A stretch of DNA of 64,000 nt from the NCBI RefSeq assembly GCF_020745735.1, contig NC_083449.1, positions 13,131,868 through 13,195,867 on the forward strand, given 5' to 3'. Origin of the DNA: Hemiscyllium ocellatum. Its lineage: Eukaryota. The notes beneath the pieces were generated by a model that saw only the letters and a program-made list of their open reading frames with translations, was not told where the DNA came from and ran no database searches. Positions 59,625 through 64,000 of this stretch are shown piece after piece; position 1 is the stretch's first letter; each line of letters begins with the position of its first letter. A program made the position numbers and the translations under genes.

Positions 59625-62600
59625 GAATTTCCTATTCCTTGGATGCTGCCTCACCTGCTGTGCTTTAACCTGACACCAGGGAGGCAACACATCATTCTGA
59701 TTTTTCTCTGCTGGCTGCAGAAATGTCTGTCTATGAGATTTGAAAGGCATTAGAATGAATCACGTGGTTCCATTGAAGGTAACAGTTAGAGAATTAACTT
59801 CCATGTATACAACCAGTACAAGGGACAGAAAGAAGCAAACTTAATTCTGCATTCACATTAAAGTTCAAACAGTCACAGAACATAGCAACATTTGTCAACA
59901 TTTGGAAGAGAGCTGTGAGATGGTGCCAATACACAATGGGTACAGAATCCCTCTCAAAGTCCTGAGTTACTGCCAGGTTAATAGGTTCACAGACATGATT
60001 AAAGAAACACCAAGATCCCCAATGATCTGATGGTTGTAAGAGTGAGCCTTTCATTAAAAGGTTTAAGCAGAACAGGGTAACAGCTTCAATCTCAGCATCA
60101 ACATACACTCCCTATATGATTTAAATAGAGTGTATCAGTTTGGCCATAAAATTCCAGTGACATTGCCCAAGAAGTAACTTGAGCTATGTATAATTACCCC
60201 TCCAAATATCTCATCCTGTCTTAGATATGGAGATGTAACTCATGCATCAATTCCATTTTACAGATTGGGGAAATTACACTTCAGCCCAAATTGTATTTTA
60301 AAATATATATTTTTGAATGGAACCCCAAACTGAAAAGCACATCTCATAAAAAAAACTACAGAATATAAAGTTTGATGTGAAACTGACCAAAAGGAAATCA
60401 TTGACTTGAAAGGACACAAAGTATCCCATATTCAGACAGATAATGAGAGATTTTTGAATACAGTGTGAGGACTCTTATATAGTTTCTCTGGGACTAACAT
60501 CGGAATAATAAATTTAAAACATACGTTCAGTCTCGAGATCGGCATGCCCAAAATAAACTTACAATCGTAAACTACATTGTCCCATAGATTCCAATGTTGT
60601 GGAAGTTATTCAACTGAGACGTACAGTGCCAGAGATTAACAGTGATATAAACACATCCACTTTCACTGACAGGCGCTGACACAAATGACATTGGATAATA
60701 TCTGATACATTCTGAATAGCAAAGGTTTGAACAATAAAGAGCTCCTGCAGTTCTGAAAGATGACAATTCCACTTTGAAATGACACTGCATGAATATAAAA
60801 TACAATAACCATGAATAAGAAGCACATTGATAACTCATAATGAGAGACTGAATGAATCCCATGTTCAATGTTAGCTGACAAAAGCTGATTTTATCCATAC
60901 ACACATCCTGATTGAGAGAATGACTCATGCAAAACAAAACAACAATATCCGAGTCCAAAATGAAAGTAAATGTCTCAGTGATAATGTAGAACATTGGGAA
61001 GGAAACTATGCCACACTATGTACCGGACCAGCCTTGTAAATAAGTTGGTCTGTCCATTTCTCCATGATATTTTTATATGGCTAGTCCATACAACTGGATG
61101 TAATTTCCTTTATCATTAGAATCAGAATCACAGATTTTGTAGAGCACAGAAGCAGCCCAATTAGCTCATTGTGTCGACAGTTGGACATTCTATTCTTTAT
61201 CCCTTCTATTACTAGTTTCCACTAATTGTTGGGATTGTGAACTATATATCATTGTTGTAGTTTGCAATCCTCTGAGTACTGATTGGAATAAATTGTTTGG
61301 TTTCTGTTTCACATTGTTTATTAGCAATGAACTTTCAACTGTGGAAATAAAGATAATATATATGAATGTCACAGTTCAGTAAAGAATAAATATGATAGTC
61401 GTTGGATCAAAAGTCTCAAATATAGTATTTGAAATAGTGTGTGTTATTCTTCAATAGTTAGTGTATTGGGATCTTAGTTTTGAACTGTGTAAGCATCCCA
61501 ATCATGGAGCTGTAGAGGGCTTGGTTAATTTTTGTATCTTAATAAATTGCTCTATAATATCACAAAAAGAGAGCAGGAGCAGCTGAGGGCAAAAGTGGAA
61601 CCAAAGCCTGCTCTGTTCCCATTGCTGGCTTTATAAAGATCATCATAACTATTAACTCAAAATGTCATTGCTCAGTTTGATATGACCAAACTTAGCTAAT
61701 GTTGATTTAAAGGAGATAAATCTTCTGTCTTCCTCCAGGTAAATATTCAATGGCCCAAGACAATGTAATATGACCTCGGTATAAAGCCAAGTGTGAGCAG
61801 CTGCTCCTTCCAAATAGCAGGTATGTTACCACTGTCTGAGCTGGGGGATGGTCCTTTCCACAATTACAGAACAGATTGAGTCAGACTCACAAAAAGCTCA
61901 CTTTCCAGAGATATACATTCAATCCATGAGTAAAACACAGCGAATTCTCACTGTGGACCAGCGCAGATGCAATAAGTGTCATCATTCAAAGCTCATTGTC
62001 ATTCAGATTTGAAAAGGGATACACTGAATCCTCACTGGAAACAGGCAGTCAGGGACTGCATTAAATCCACAGTTAGGGAATTTTCAAAGTTACAATCAAG
62101 ATGAACAAATAGATCATGCTGTTACATAGCTGGAGTAACCATATATGCAGTAGTTATTGAGTACAGATCCAAAAGGAAACTTTTGATATTAACAGTAACT
62201 GAGCAGGACAAAAATAATCTTTGAGAAATAGTAGTCCCATTCAAAGACACAACCATTAAATCATGTTTAGCAATAAAATCTATCATGTAGCATGGACAGG
62301 CAGATGCAGAATAAAGCTCTCACAGACAAAAAACACTATCAATGCCTGATTACAAAATGAAACGACGTGTCTCAGTGATAGTACCGAACCCCTGAAAAGG
62401 GAAACATCCCACACTGAGCAACAAGAGCTGGTATTTTAATTAGCTGGTCTGTCCATTTCTGCATGGTAGCTTTGTACCAATATTTCATACAGCGGGATGT
62501 GTTTTCCTTTTCACACCAGAATCAGAATCTCAGAATTGGGACAACACAGATGTAGGCCATTCCTCCCATTCAATCTGTGCTCGTACATTCTATTCTTTAA

Positions 62601-64000
62601 CTGTTCTGCAAAACAGTTTCCAGTAATGGTTGGGATTGTGAACTAGATACCATCTGCTGACCCCTTCCCCAAAGATTGAGAGAAAAGTCAGAAATCACAA
62701 AATGCAGCAGAGATTAAGACCCCACGCTCAATACACTGATAACAGCTATCACAGAATGATACAGAATCACAGGGAATATTCCTGGCTGCCAGAGAATTAA
62801 ACCACTTTGATACCCAAAAGAAGAAAGTGATTAGTACAGATGGAGAACTTCACTGTCATAGTCACACATCAGAAGCTGATGTTTTATACATCAATTACTG
62901 GACTCCCATGTCATCATGACAGCAACTGTCAGATGTAGATTGATAGTTGTTCTTACATATTAACATTGCAGACACTGACAAAGAGAAAACAATAATTACA
63001 CAAACATTCTTATTACGCAAAACAGTGCAGGACTTGTACAGTCAATGGTAGGGTCCTGAGGAGAGTTGCCAAACACAGAGACCTAGGATTGCATGTGTGT
63101 TGTTCTTTGGAAGTGGAGTCCCAGGTGAACAAGGATGTGAAAAAGGGGCTTGCCATGTTTGCCTTCTTTGCTCTGCACATTGAGTATCGGAGTTGGGACA
63201 CCATGTTAGGGCTGCACAGGACATAAGGTAGGGCACTTGTAGAATGCTGTGTAACATTCTGGTCACCCTGCTTTCAGAAGATGGCGTTAATCCTGAGAGG
63301 GTGCAAAAATGATTGACAGAGTTGTTGCCAGGGCTAGAGGGTTTGAAATTTAAGGAGATTGTGAACAGTCTGGGACTTTTATCCCATTAGCATCGGAGGC
63401 TGAGGGGTGATTTTAAACGGGGTGAACGTTTTGGGTGCTTGGGAGTGGAATGACTCCTTCTCCGAGCAGATGGGTTGGAGGTGGAGGAATTGGGAGATTG
63501 GGATGGGGTTTTTGCAGAATACTGAGTGGGAGGTTGTGTCATCCAGGTCGTTGTGAGAGTCTGTGGGTAAATGTCCATCTGGAGATGGAAATGGAGAGGT
63601 CAAGAAAAGGGTGTACAGAAAAGGCCATTCGGCATATCAGTCTGCATTGATGATAACTCCCATTGAGGGCACACTAATCCCAATTTGCTGCACGTGTGCC
63701 ATATCCTTGATGTGCTCATCCAAGTATCTTTTTAAGGTTCTAAGCTTTGTGGCTTCCACAACCTTCCCAGGCAGTGCATTCCAGTTTCCCTGAATTCCAT
63801 GTGATTTAACTCTCTCAATCGGTCTCTTATGTGGGACCTTGTCAAAAGGTTTGACCGATTGGTAAATACACTCCCACATGCACACAAAGAAGTAATATTT
63901 CAGAGGAAGATGGAGAATGAGACTCTCATATTAACAAAGCACAAAGTGACAGTTTGAGATTGACAACTACATTTGCATCTTCACAGAGCTGAAACTGACA

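Larger units (their letters stand above)
59465..59668. mobile_element. Short foldback Penelope-derived element with two intact opposed hammerheads and a 14-bp TSD
   Basis: TSD CCTGACACCAGGGA at 59451-59464 and 59669-59682; the paralogous site at ~22061-22074 is empty. Confidence 0.93.
57437..59735 (-). mobile_element. Mirror copy of the deleted CR1 LINE
   Basis: Reverse complement of 22010-24080, carrying an extra insert at 59465-59668. Confidence 0.92.
51131..64000 (-). repeat. Right arm of the inverted duplication (runs off the window end)
   Basis: The last 40 nt reverse-complement to ~17675-17714; inner end CTACATCGATCACCCCTCAATT matches ~30409-30430. Confidence 0.96.

Overview
Eukaryotic (vertebrate) genomic DNA, most likely from a cartilaginous fish (shark). 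This is inferred from a HE1/V-SINE-like element, CR1-type LINEs with an esterase ORF1, and the histone sequences. The window is part of a dispersed replication-dependent histone cluster: intact, intronless H2A(+), H3.2(-), H4(-), H1(-) and H2B(+), each with a 3' stem-loop. Relics show the five-gene unit was duplicated and lost genes reciprocally: an orphan H1 3' end, a headless H3 promoter with H4 deleted, and orphan H2A upstream modules. Two segmental duplications shape the window: a direct one (1-4925 vs 44963-50312) and an inverted one (17675-30430 vs 51131-64000). Much of the rest is decayed CR1 LINE and Penelope-like (GIY-YIG) retroelement sequence. The most notable hidden signals are three. 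(i) More than a dozen minimal hammerhead-ribozyme motifs, including short ~200-bp foldback elements that carry two opposed hammerheads and insert with ~14-bp target-site duplications. (ii) An unannotated, repeated spliced unit: an NRF1/CpG promoter, then an 82-nt exon present in six copies with synonymous-biased changes. (iii) A degenerate 49-bp tandem array lying downstream of that unit on the same strand. Most ORFs in the supplied track are spurious or retroelement fragments. All alignments were done by eye, so repeat boundaries are approximate.
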